A stretch of DNA of 54,545 nt from a virus (lineage: Duplodnaviria; Caudoviricetes), in IMG/VR virus record IMGVR_UViG_3300012663_000581, positions 1 through 54,545 of that record; one strand, 5' to 3'. This document shows, piece by piece, positions 17,311 through 29,300 of this stretch (positions within the stretch are counted from its first letter, which is position 1; each line of letters begins with the position of its first letter). Below the pieces are notes generated by a model. That model was not told the origin of the DNA, ran no database searches, and saw nothing but the letters and a program-made list of their open reading frames with translations. The translations under genes were made by a program, and so were the position numbers.

Positions 17311-18387
17311 TTAACTCCAGCTTATTAAAATTAGCCCAGGTGCACCCCATCCAGGTTGCCCCCATGCTGTTTGTGAGTATGTACTCATGCCGCCACCGCC
17401 TGGGAAGTTTCCGCACTGCACCCAGCAGCTTCCACATTCAAAGCTACATTTTTGCCATGCTTGGTCACCGCCTGCATATGCTGCACCACCAATGCCCATT
17501 CCGCCGCCACAGTTGGCATTAACAGGACCGTTACTAGGACTAGTACATGCAATGTTTAAGCAGTGTGATGGACCAGCAGCCAACGCAGCATCGCTCCACC
17601 CACAAGCACCTGTCCAAACATAAGGACTAGAAAACGCGGTACAAACACACAACTGTCCTGCAACATACGCATCCAATGCGCCACCTGATACGCCGCCACT
17701 TGAGCCGGCAGCGATTGCTGCACATCCCGTAAATGTTGCGGCTTCAATTGCTGGCACAGCGCCGTTAGTACAACAATATTGTAAAAATTGTCCCGTACTG
17801 GTTGCTGTCGTGCCGCCTGGGATTGCTGCAAGGCATGCAGAACAGTCTTTAAATAATCTATATGTGTTAAACTTAAATTGGTTAGAACCTGATGGGTTTG
17901 AAGTACTACCTGCCCAGCACCATGGAGCACCAGGGAAACAGCACCATAAGCCTGCCGAGCCACCGCAAACGCACCACTGACCGCCAACGCCGCCAGTGCC
18001 GTTACAGTTAAAAACTCTCGAAAATTGTCCCGGTGTTCCTGAACAGATACCGCAAGTAGAGCACAAGCATAGGCAACTACATGCACACAATATGTGGTTA
18101 GTACCACTGGTAGTGCAGGTCACCCAACCGTAGGAGCCGCCTTGGCCGCCATACGATCCAACTCCGCAGCAGCATCCGCCGCCGCCACCGCCGCCTTGTC
18201 CCCACATTTCAATTACATAACATGTAGCAGTTGTTGGTACACATACACAGCAACTATTTCCCCAGCCGATATGCATACAACATGTTGCTCTATGTCGTGG
18301 TCTGCACCATGCACCAGCAATTGGCGTAAACCCGCCAGCAGTGACTCCAAGTGCTCCTGTTCTAATATACTGAAATGCCGTTGTCAT
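17311..18387 (-). CDS. Cys/Gly-rich protein, paralog 1 (possible fibre tip/adhesin)
   Basis: About 39 Cys in 358 aa by manual count; same motif order as the downstream paralog; ends GAPGLILISWS. Confidence 0.7.
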   Translation of the reverse strand: MTTAFQYIRTGALGVTAGGFTPIAGAWCRPRHRATCCMHIGWGNSCCVCVPTTATCYVIEMWGQGGGGGGGCCCGVGSYGGQGGSYGWVTCTTSGTNHILCACSCLCLCSTCGICSGTPGQFSRVFNCNGTGGVGGQWCVCGGSAGLWCCFPGAPWCWAGSTSNPSGSNQFKFNTYRLFKDCSACLAAIPGGTTATSTGQFLQYCCTNGAVPAIEAATFTGCAAIAAGSSGGVSGGALDAYVAGQLCVCTAFSSPYVWTGACGWSDAALAAGPSHCLNIACTSPSNGPVNANCGGGMGIGGAAYAGGDQAWQKCSFECGSCWVQCGNFPGGGGMSTYSQTAWGQPGWGAPGLILISWS

Positions 18388-18406
18388 TCTTTATCCTTTA
18401 TATTCA

Positions 18407-18760
18407 TTATATAAAATTGGTTACTACCCAGTTATTTGTGCCTAGATTATATTGTAGGCGAATACTAACTTGATTTAGATTTAATGTTAAATTATCAGCA
18501 AAACCGCCAACTGTTGCGCCGTCTCCGCTTGGAAGAACAATACAGTTAAATGTATTAAATGTGCCAGCTTGATCAATAATATCTACAAAGTTACCAGCAG
18601 CTGGGAATCTTGGCAAGGTTAGCGAGACTGCTGCCGCAGTGGTGTTGACGTAGTACAAACTATCAAACTCTAGCTGAGTAGCAGTGGTAACGTTGAGAAC
18701 GCTTTGTGCTGCTGCTGCCGGGTCGTTTCTAAATTGTCCTGCGCCTAAAAATCTTCCCAT
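18407..18760 (-). CDS. Small fibre-associated structural protein
   Basis: YYVNTTAAAVSLTLP..PAAG..V.IIDQAGTF...N module, typical of T4-like tail-fibre proteins; SD GGAG. Confidence 0.6.
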   Translation of the reverse strand: MGRFLGAGQFRNDPAAAAQSVLNVTTATQLEFDSLYYVNTTAAAVSLTLPRFPAAGNFVDIIDQAGTFNTFNCIVLPSGDGATVGGFADNLTLNLNQVSIRLQYNLGTNNWVVTNFI

Positions 18761-18772
18761 AGTATTCTCCGA

Positions 18773-19084
18773 TTAGGCTTCAACGCCAAAGACTTGGGCG
18801 CTTACACCCACAGCACTTGACCATACTACCAGCTGGTTAGTTGTACTCATTACAATGCCGGTTCTTTCAAGAACACCGTTGGCTGGAATTGTGGCGCCAA
18901 ATTCAATATATTCACTGTTTGCCGGCGATGATGTTGCCGCAGTGGCAATACGTACGGTAACACTGGTTGCATTTCTGTTACACATGTTAACGTTCACTAC
19001 TGCAAACACGCTCGCAGGAACTGTATAAACTGTTGTATTTGTGGATGCTGATAAATCAGCTATTCCTAATCTTCCTGAGGCCAT
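18773..19084 (-). CDS. Small beta-rich structural protein (family of four in this window)
   Basis: TTVYTVP...VNMCNRN...V.V.I...YIEF...IPANG pattern shared with 19995, 39399 and 52618. Confidence 0.65.
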   Translation of the reverse strand: MASGRLGIADLSASTNTTVYTVPASVFAVVNVNMCNRNATSVTVRIATAATSSPANSEYIEFGATIPANGVLERTGIVMSTTNQLVVWSSAVGVSAQVFGVEA

Positions 19085-19106
19085 TTAAATCTCCATTATC
19101 TTAGTG

Positions 19107-19114
19107 TATTTATA
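19107..19114 (-). promoter_or_regulatory. T4-type late promoter TATAAATA
   Basis: Exact consensus, 22 nt upstream of ATG 19084, followed by SD GGAG. Confidence 0.75.
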
Positions 19115-19124
19115 CATTTTATCA

Positions 19125-19973
19125 TTATACAAAATTATAGTAAAATGCTTTTGCATTCTGTATAGCAATTTGTGTATCTACGTAATCTTTACGTGTTAAC
19201 TGATTTGTTGCACTAGGTGCAGTAGTTGCGGTAGCTGTGGTAAACGCACCAGTACTAGCAGTAGTAGCACCAATGCTCATGTTGTTAATAGTACCCAATG
19301 TTCCTGATGAAATTGTAATTGTTCCAGCACCAGTGGTAGTATGGCTTTGACTGTTTGCTCCAGTGTCAGCTGTAATTACTCCGGTAAGTGTTACGGTATT
19401 GTTTGCCTGCAGGGTAGTAAATGCACCAGTACTTCTTGTACTAGCACCAATACTTGTATTGTTAATAGTAGATGCTGCGGTAGGATTAATAGTCAACGCA
19501 CCAGTTGGGCTCATTGTTACCGTTCCAGCAGGACTAATTGTTACGGTACCAGTACCGCTTGGGCTAATTGTTATGTTAGCATTTGCTGGGCTCATCGACA
19601 CTGTACTATTAGCAGTTAGGGTACTGCTGAATGTACCAGTTGTTGCCTGTACTGGACCACCTTCGTTGTTACTAATTACATAGTTTATACCGTCAGATGT
19701 TAGTGTGTATGTAGAATTAGTTGGAATTACCTGATTAGCTGCCGCAGTAAATCCACTACCAACTATATTACCAGCTGGTGTGTTAATTGTTATGTTGCCA
19801 GTGGTAGCATTATATATACTTTGTGTTGATCCTGGATAAGGAACAGGGCTTGACAGGGTTACTGTATAGCCGGTTGCTCCAGTTAGCAAGATCGTAGACT
19901 TGTCAATTACATAAGTTAATGTAGTTGCGCCGCTTATCGCGATTGTTGATTGTTGGGTATTAAAACGTGCCAT
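19125..19973 (-). CDS. Short tail-fibre-like protein
   Basis: T/S/G/A-rich; ITISPSGTGTVTISP and INN.SIGA.T.STGAFTT repeats; C-terminal LTRKDYVD fibre motif. Confidence 0.65.
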   Translation of the reverse strand: MARFNTQQSTIAISGATTLTYVIDKSTILLTGATGYTVTLSSPVPYPGSTQSIYNATTGNITINTPAGNIVGSGFTAAANQVIPTNSTYTLTSDGINYVISNNEGGPVQATTGTFSSTLTANSTVSMSPANANITISPSGTGTVTISPAGTVTMSPTGALTINPTAASTINNTSIGASTRSTGAFTTLQANNTVTLTGVITADTGANSQSHTTTGAGTITISSGTLGTINNMSIGATTASTGAFTTATATTAPSATNQLTRKDYVDTQIAIQNAKAFYYNFV

Positions 19974-19994
19974 CTATGATCTCTCTAAGTTAAA

Positions 19995-20315
19995 TTATGT
20001 TGTTGATGTCTCAATTCCGTATACAGTACAACCTAAGTTTGCTGTATCCGAATAGACTACTATATTTATTGCAGCATTCATCACAAGGCCAGTGCGCTCA
20101 AATACACCGTTTGGAATAATAACAGTATCATACTCTAGATACTCTTGTAAGCTAGGTGTTGAACTTGATGCCATTGCTACTCGAACTTTTACAGCTGTCG
20201 TATTTCTATTTGTAAGTGAAATGTTACATACTGTATAGAATCCTGTAGGTACGGTATATACTGTTGTAAGTGCAGTTGCTGGTATTGCAACTACTGCTAA
20301 TCTTCCTGTTGCCAT
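19995..20315 (-). CDS. Small beta-rich structural protein (paralog of 18773)
   Basis: MATGRLA...TTVYTVP...NISLTNRN...EYLEYD..I.PNGVFERTGLVM; clearly paralogous to 18773-19084. Confidence 0.65.
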   Translation of the reverse strand: MATGRLAVVAIPATALTTVYTVPTGFYTVCNISLTNRNTTAVKVRVAMASSSTPSLQEYLEYDTVIIPNGVFERTGLVMNAAINIVVYSDTANLGCTVYGIETSTT

Positions 20316-20333
20316 TTTATATATTCTCCAATG

Positions 20334-23300
20334 TTATCGTTGCATGAAGAACGCAAGGGCAACGGGGGCTCCGTCAATACCGCCTGTGAAATTCATTTTT
20401 GCTTTTATATTTAACTGTCCGCCTGATGTAGTTGAGATTGAATTATTTGCAATATACACAACACCTGCCGTTAGTGTATTTACGTTCAATGAGCTCTGTC
20501 CGCCACCAATTTGGGCTGTAATGTATGCTTTAATTGCTCTCTGTGTAGGAACAATATTATCGCTATCAGCAGTAAAGTACGGGTCTGTACTGAACTGATT
20601 GATAATTGCTGATCCAGTACCAATGTTCAATGAACCTAACTGCAAGGATTGTAGTCCTGACAAGTTAAACGCATCAGCATTTAATGTAGCAGTACCAGTT
20701 GACTGCTGAACTCCGAACAATCCACCAACGTTAAAGTTACCGTCTTGGTCAGTTGAAGTAAAGAATACTCGGCCGCCGCCACTACCAACTGTTTGTGCGG
20801 TAATATCAGCATTAGCTGGATTAACAAACGGATAGTTAGTATCTGCTTGATTACCAGTACCAATGTATAAGAAGTCATGTCCAGTTAAACGAACTTGACT
20901 ATACTTGATCGTAGTTGTTACTGTGTCAGCATCGATTGGTGCTTTTAGTACACTAATTCCCGGACTGATCTGGAATGTAGCTGTGTAATCACCTGGATCT
21001 CCTAGTACATTAGTTACTGCCACTAGTTTATACCATATGCCCGGGATCGATCCAAATACCACATTAGATCCAGCTTGTGGTGTTGCATATAGATTTCTAA
21101 CTGCAATAAATGTACTAGGCTGATATAAGTTTGCTGCGCCGTCACCGTTGGCAACTGTAGTAGCAACTGTATAAACACTACCTCTATTACTAAAACTTGG
21201 GTTACCTAATACACCGTCTCCTGCTCTTGGATTTAGAGCTGCTGAAATAACTCTGTTAGGATCAAACTGTGTTGCTATAGCACCTGCTCTGTATTTGCCA
21301 GTTAGGCCTGTAACTGTTGTTAACACAACAGCTACTCCACTTCCTGAAACTAAGCTAACTTGAAAGCTGGTATTAGTTACAATACTAGCACCAATTACGT
21401 AGTAGAGTTTTTCAGTTACTAATCCACCTGCGTCACAGCCTGAGAATACAACTGGTTGATTAGCTACTAGATTTTCTGTGTTACTAGTACTAATAATATT
21501 AGTTGTGGCAGTAGTAGCAGTAACAGTTCCTTTTGGATATGCACTACCTGGTTCAACCATTCTAACTTCAAAAATTGTACCGTTAACTACCCTCATACGA
21601 GCCAGTGCTCTTGCACCTGTATTTAGAGAGGCTGCTACAGTACCAGTAGTTGTAGTGACTGCTACCCATAACGGATCGCTATTAACATTACCAAATGCTA
21701 GATCACTCCAGTTAGATGATGCACCCGGCATTGTACGTTCAACCCAGTTGATACCGTCTTGACTTGTTGCGCATACTGTACTACCTGCGGCAAGGGCTAT
21801 AAATAATCCTTGCGCATACTTAATTTTAATCCAAGATTGACTTGACGGTAGACCAGGGGTGGCTGCTGTCCATGTGGTTCCATTGTTTATACTATAAGCA
21901 ACAGTTCTGCTTGGGCCGTTTGCAATAGCAACAAATCTTCCGTTACCGTATGCCACGCTTGTCCATGTTGTGCTAGACGGTAAGTTTCCGCCAGCTGCCC
22001 ATATTGTTCCGTTTGCGCTAACAGCAGTGGCATTACTACCTGTACTAGTTGCAACAAAATACCCATTGCCGTATGCAACAGCCGAATATGTGCCGCTACC
22101 TAGTGTAGGTAGTGTTCTTGATACCCATGATGTTCCAGTAGTACTTGATGAAGCACTTGCTGTTCCGCCCACTGTAACATAAAGTCCGTTACCGTATGCT
22201 ATTCCTACCATGGTAGTAGTTGTTAATGCGCCGCCTGCTGTCCATGCCGCGCCAACTGCTGCACTTGCTGGTAAGTATGAACTGCTAGTGGATCCGTTTG
22301 CAATAGCAACAAACTTTGCAGATGTATCAACAATACTGATTGTTGGTGTTGATGTATATCCAAAGCCAGCGTCATTAATAGTAATACTACTAACACCTGT
22401 ATTGTTCAACACCGCAGTACCTCGAGCTAGTGTTCCAACGTAGGTTAGTCCTACACCGTAAGTTCCAGCTGAACCAGTACCACTGGTAAATTGTGGCGGA
22501 GTGGCACTAAATGTTCCGCTGCCGTCAGCACGATAATAGTTAGTAAATGTATCTAACGAAACTGTGAAAGAATATGAATAATATAAGCCAGATGTAGCAG
22601 CACCTCCAGATGACCATGTAGTTGCTGTAAACGGTGCTGATAGTGTTACTGTTGGAGCAGCAGTATATCCTCTTCCCCATGAAGAAATGTCCATCTTAGT
22701 AATCTTAGATGATACTGCTGTCACTGTAGGAGCTGAACTATAACCAGATCCATTAGACACAATAGTAACAGCGTCAATTTTTCCATTTAATACAGTACAT
22801 GTAGCTGAGGCTCCTAACCCGCTGCCGGTGAACACAATGCTTGGAGGTGTTGTATAATTAAAACCGCCATCGATGACCTGTACTGATAGCACTTGATCTA
22901 TGCCGGGATCTCCAACACTATTAACAGCTCCCATAGTTACAGAAAGAACAGCACCTGCGCCGCCTAGTCCGCCAACACGAGCAGTAGCTACTGCGCCTTG
23001 TCCACCACCAAATACCATGTCAGTCCATGATGCACTTGCACCTAGTGCGCCTCCAGCTGCCCATGTTTTTCCATTTAAGCTGTATGCTGTAGTTGTTCCG
23101 CTCGATCCAACTGCTACATATCTACCACTTCCAAATGTAACAGCCTTGTAAGCAGCACTTGGAATTGTACGCGATGTAGCAGTGTAACCTGGAGCTGTAT
23201 AACTAATTCTAGGTTCAATAATGTATGTAGACGTTAGATCTAAACCAGCTGAAATAGCTGTGCCTGGAATAACGTGATCCCATCCAGCAGCATATAACGG

Positions 23301-26300
23301 AATACTTACAGATCCGTTAGCACTAATTGTTACTGCTGTACCGCCTGCACCTGTCAAACTTACAGAGAACTGGGTAGCTGAGAAGTTAGCAGTTCTTACA
23401 TAATATAATACGTTTGCCGTAACTCCATTAGCAGTTCCGCCTAGATAAATTTGCTGTCCGGGTGTTATAGTTGCTGTGCTTGCTACAGTTAACAAGTTGT
23501 TAGTAATTGCGGTAGCAGTTACTGTCAATGCTGTAAAGCTGTCTTTAATAACTTTGGCAATTTTAGTACCATTACTATAATCTAAAATGTTAGCATATTG
23601 TCCAACACCAGATCCTGCTGTAATTTGAATACGCATTGTAGGATATGCTGTTGATAAGGCAATGTCAGAGTTGGCAATTGTAATACTTGCAGTATCACCT
23701 TCTTGAGCAGCGTTAATTGCATTAATGTAATTTGTTCCGCCATACCCTTGACCGTTATCTAGGTCAATCACTCGTGTTTCAAAAATAGCACCGTCTCGGA
23801 ATTCATCTCCAATGGTTATTGCATTAATACCGTCACCACTAATACCAATATCTACGTTTGTATAGTTTGTGCCTGCATTGTTAAATTCAACACGCAGTAC
23901 AGTACCTGCGATAGCATTAACAATTGTATCACTAATAACTGCCTGTTGTGAAGCATTATCTACTACTGCAAAAATTGGTTGCTCGTAAGTATCAGTGCCT
24001 TCAGCAATAACACCATATGTACCATATGATGAGTTACCGTTAGTAGCACGGATACGTCCGCCTAGCTCTGCCATATAACCTGCGTAGCCAAAATAGTTAA
24101 ACACTGAAACAAGTTCTGTTAACGAGTTAGCACCTGTACACCATACGCCAAAACCGTCACTGATAATGGTTGTGAAGTCGTTCTTAACCATTGAACGATT
24201 TCCACCAGCATGTATAGCACCATCAATCTTAGCACCACTACATCCAGTACCAAATAAGGATACGTTTTGTGAGTAATGTGAACGTTGTTGTACCCATACG
24301 TTTGAATCGTTCGGACCAAATCCTGGATTTAGAGCAACATACGCACCAGCAGTTGGTCGCTTAGTTCCGAAATCATTTTCTTCTGTTAGCGTACCATTTA
24401 GTCCAGCTAGTGTACAATTTCGTAGACCAGTACCGTTGCTGACATAGAACATGTTAGCTAATTCTGAACCGTTAACTGCGTTATTATACAGTTCGGCAGC
24501 ACGTAAACTCATGTAGTTACCGGTGTAACCTAAGTCATAGATAATACCTCTAATGTATTCTTTCATGTCGCGTTTGCATAGGGTGTCATCAAACGCATAT
24601 CTAACAGTCATTGAGCCAGTGCCGTTTGCAGTTACATCAACAGCAGTTGTGCCGCCTTGAGTAGCTGTAATTGTAATTGACTGGGCAGTTGGCGTTGTTA
24701 GAACATAATAAGTTGTTCCAACTGTAACACCGCTAGCAGCAATAACTGTTCCTGAGAACACCACTGGATCACCAACTGTTAAGTTATGCACAGCACTTGT
24801 TGTATATACATTAGTAGTAGCAGTTGTACTAGTTACAGTACCGCCAAAGTTTAGTCTAATCCATGCTGTTGCTTCTGATGCAAGGAATTCTTCGTTTAGT
24901 CTCAACACTTCGGCACCATTGAACAACCCAGTGTCGTTTTTGTAAGTGATTGTTCCTACTACTTCAGATGTAGAACCTACTCCGTCACTTAGTGAATCAA
25001 TAATAATATCCATTAAGATTTTTAATCTTCGAGATGCTGTAGCATTGTCTACTACTACATCTACAATTAAATTCTTAAGATATCTAAATGCCGCAATAGT
25101 TGCTGCTTTTTGTGAGCCTTGGACAAGTGCAGCTTGTGCTCTAAAGTAACTTCTTGCTGAAGTTATTGTTAGATAGTTGCTGTCGAACATCATATCGTAG
25201 GCAATATAATCAATAATTAGTCCCACGTCTCGTTCGCATGTTGCAGAATTGTATGACAATGTTGGGAAGTAGGTTGCAATATAAGTTGTAACCTGTCCTC
25301 TAATAGTAGCTTTGGTTGCTTGTAACGCATTTCTCTGCGTTACAAGACCAGCAACTACCCAACTTGTGCTTGGTAAGTTATTGATTTCTACAAGTAAACT
25401 TAATCCTGTACCGTTGGTAAAAGTAGTAAGTGCTGGGCCGCCTTGATATGCAGCCAACGTAAATGTTGTGCCTAACGGTACAGATTGAACATAGTATCTT
25501 GTTCCGCTAACTAGTCCGAATCCACCATTACCTGTAGTTGGAGTAGATTGCGGTATAACAACATCTCCAACTGCAAGGTTGTGTGTTCCGCTGGTAAATG
25601 TTGTACCGCTTGCAACCGCAGAAATAGTTATCCGAGGAACGCCAGTTGTAAGACCGTTGGTAATTATATTAGTGATAACATCAACCAATGTGCCTACTGA
25701 TGTAGCAGTAGCAGCTGAGCCAACTGTTTGACCAGTAACTGCTCTTACTTGTGATACTGCATTGCCTGCACTTGGAGTCACTGCGGTGTCTTGAACTACA
25801 CTTTGTGCAACAGCCTTTAATCTGTTATAAGCTGCAATTGTAGCTGTTGAGTCGCCTGAATCTATTTGTAATACGCTTGTTAGTGCAGAGTAATATGCCT
25901 TACCTGCAATCAGTGTAGCAATTTTACCAATGTTACCAACACCGTAACCATAAGTTAAATCGTATACTAGTGCTTCGACAATTAAGCCCACATCTCTTTC
26001 ACAAGCTGCTCTGCTGAATTGTAATCCAACAAATCCAGCAGTACTTGCTGCAATTTGTACATTAATCCATGCTGTGATTTCTGCTTTGATAAATGCAGTA
26101 TTGTCTCTTAACAATACTGTTGCGGCAGCATAGGCACTGGTAATTGTAGATGGATTTGTCCATTGTACTCGAGGAATTGCTCCACCGTTGATAGTACCAA
26201 CTACATCAGCAATAATAGATCTAGTCAGTGCAACAGCGCCAGTTGACGCTACTGACTTAGCTTTATATTTTAAGAAGTTAATAGCACCTAATTCAGCTTG

Positions 26301-29300
26301 ACGTTGAATTGTAGTAACAACCGTAGCTGAAACAGTCGCACGTTGTAGTGCTCGACCTGCTGTAATTGCAGCAAAGTTACTGCCAAACACTGCATCATAG
26401 CTTAACGCATCAACCATGTAACCAGTGTCTCTTGCACATAGTTCTTCGTTAAAGTTTATGTTTTGATAATTTTTATAAACCCACCATGTTACGTCTGCAA
26501 CGATTTCTGCTTTCTTACTTTGTAATTCAGTAAATGCTGTTTGTAATGCAGTTGTTGCCCATGCAATAGAAGGAGCGATGGTTGCGTTACCTGTACCATT
26601 ACTGATCCAATCAATAACATCCTGTACCCGAGCTTGTGCAAAGGTTGCAGAGGCAGCGTTGCCGCCATTTACACCAACACCTACTTGAGATACAGCATTA
26701 CCTGGAGTAACTGTCACTGACTGTGCCTGTGCAATTTGTCCAATGATTGTTTTAATTCTAGTGTAGGCTGCAACAGTTGCTACAATTTCACCAGTATCAA
26801 TAGTTGAAGAATAATTTGAATAGTACGCACTTCCAACAATTAACGATTGAGTATTTCCACCGTAGGTAATATCATAACGTACTCCGTCTAGAATGTAACC
26901 GATATCTCTAGCACATCCTGCTTGCCCAGTTGCACCGAGTGCAACCCAAACTGCATTATAGTTTACATTTAGAAACGCTGCAATCTCAGCTCTAATGAAT
27001 GCATAATTTTGTACAATCTGCGCTCTTGCTCTTGAAAAGTTTACGTCGTATCCTGCTGGATCTGCTAGTACCAGTGTTGGCACTGCGCCTAACCCGCTGG
27101 CTACAATATCATAAATTACATTTGCACTAGCTTCAACTCTAGAAACTGCTAGTTCACTACCTGCTGAACCGGCTTGCCCGTTAGTAATTTGTTTAATGGC
27201 GGTGTCAATGAATGTAATTGTAGCTTGTGTAGCAGCTAGTTGATTTGCAATTACAAACTGTGCTGATGTAGTTCCACTATAATATCGCATACCAGCTTTA
27301 ATAGAGCGGAAATTACCTCCAAACATTACATCATAGGCTACCGCATCGACAATGTACCCAACGTCACGTGCGCATAGTTCCGTGTTATATACTAAACTAG
27401 TATATGTAGAACTAATATATTCAATTGCGCCTGCTTGTATACCTGCCTTTAATGACAAGATTGTGTTTCTAGCTGAAACTAACCCGCTAGCAACCCAAGT
27501 AACACTAGGTTCAATAGTTAACGGTAGTATTGTTGTATCAACATAATCTTTTATTTCTTGTAGTCTATCTTCTAAGAATGCGCCAGCGACTGCTGATCCC
27601 CAAGGTGTGGTATCAACTTGATTCTGCGCATTTCCCGGAGTCTTAAACAAGCCGCCAAGAGTATTATCACCTTCAGCAATGTAACTAATGATTGATCTTA
27701 AGTAAGTCAATACAGCAACGAACGGAGATTTTTCAAGTGAGCCGACGTAAGTACCAAGTGAGTAAGCTGAACGTGCTGCAACTAGTGTTTCTAAGTTTCC
27801 ACCGTAGGTAATGTCGTATCTTAATGCATCAATGATGTAACCTATTTCTGTTTCGACAGCAGTCTTTTTAGTAGCACCGTAAGTGATTCCCACAAATGGC
27901 GCTGTATTTGCAGCGATTCTTGCAGCGATCCATGCACTAACTTCTGCTTTGATAAAAGCAGTATTGGCTACTAATAATCGTCTAGCATCGAAAAACCCAG
28001 CAGCGTATCCAGTTGGATCTGGAAGCACCAGTGTTGGAATTGCAGGCAAGCCGCCGGCTAGTATTGCTGATACAACTGCGGTCTTAGTACCGACTGCTGT
28101 AGTAACAGTAGGACTGCCAGCATAACCGCTAACATATAATTGTGTTTCTGTATTACCTGAAGTTGGTGTGACTGCAACGTTTTGTATTAAATCTCCTGCG
28201 ATTGCACTAATGCGATTTAATGCCGATGTAGTTTTAGCCTTATCATTAACTAATAACGGGTTTGCTCTTGCAGGCTGTATTACTGTACTACGTAGTTCGT
28301 CTCCAACTACTGCCGTGAACGGTGAAATAACCATAGGTAGTACTTCTGCAAATGTACCTGTCTTAACAGAAATAGTAGTGTTAGGGTATACAGGAGTAGG
28401 AATAGATGATGAATTTCCAACATTAATACCTGTGGTGATAATTGATACTAGAGCTTGAGCAATATCAGTTACACCGGGTTCAACAGTTAATGAAGTATCG
28501 ATGATCTGTACTTCGCCAGTTGTTATACCGTTAAAGATTTGATAACTTCTCCATGGCACATTGTTAAGCACATTAGTAACTAATGTGCTCAGGTAAGTGT
28601 ATGCAGCAATTGTCTGTGTTTTTTGTGTTCCAAAATTGCTGTTAATGTACGCATTGCCTGCGGCTGTATAATAGGCCTTGGCAGCAATTGTAGTTTTGCT
28701 ATTTCCGCCATGCGTGATATCATGCTTTAGTGCTTCAACAATTAACCCAACATCGCGCTCACAGAAAGCACGATCATATGATAGTGTACCAGTCATTGAA
28801 GCTGTTTGATTATTTAATTGTACGATAGATCCGCCCAGTTGTGCGGAGATTTTAAATGTTGTACTATTTACAATAGTCCTTACAAAATATTTTTGCCCTG
28901 CAGTAACACCACCAACTGTACCTGAGAATTCAATTGGCATACCCACTGATAATGGAGCTGTAGTGTCGCAAGTGAAAAAATCGTCAGTAGCATCTGCAGC
29001 AGTGATATCTACAGTATATGTATAGATTACCCAGTTGGTAATCTCTTTCATAATAAACTGCTTGTTCTTTGCTAGTAATAGTTTTGCATTAGGATTTAAA
29101 TATCCATCTTCAATTTGTTTTGTTGCAAATCTTACAGATCTCCATGGCTGGTCAATGGTTGCGCCAGCATCTGGATATGCTACGTCTCTTCCTAGTGGAC
29201 CAACATAAACTAAATTATTGATAAGACCGTAGTTTGCCCATACAGGAAATCCGTCTTGAGATCGTAGAACTTGGCCGTTAGTACCAACTGGTAGTCTTGC

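Noticed and set aside
16332-18387. Possible diversity-generating retroelement TR/VR pair
   Set aside because: Both copies are full coding genes, differences are not adenine-specific, and no reverse transcriptase is in the window.
24500-28800. Calling the phage a cyanophage because of the CARDIGY motif
   Set aside because: No photosynthesis or bilin-synthesis genes are in the window; a short motif does not identify the host.
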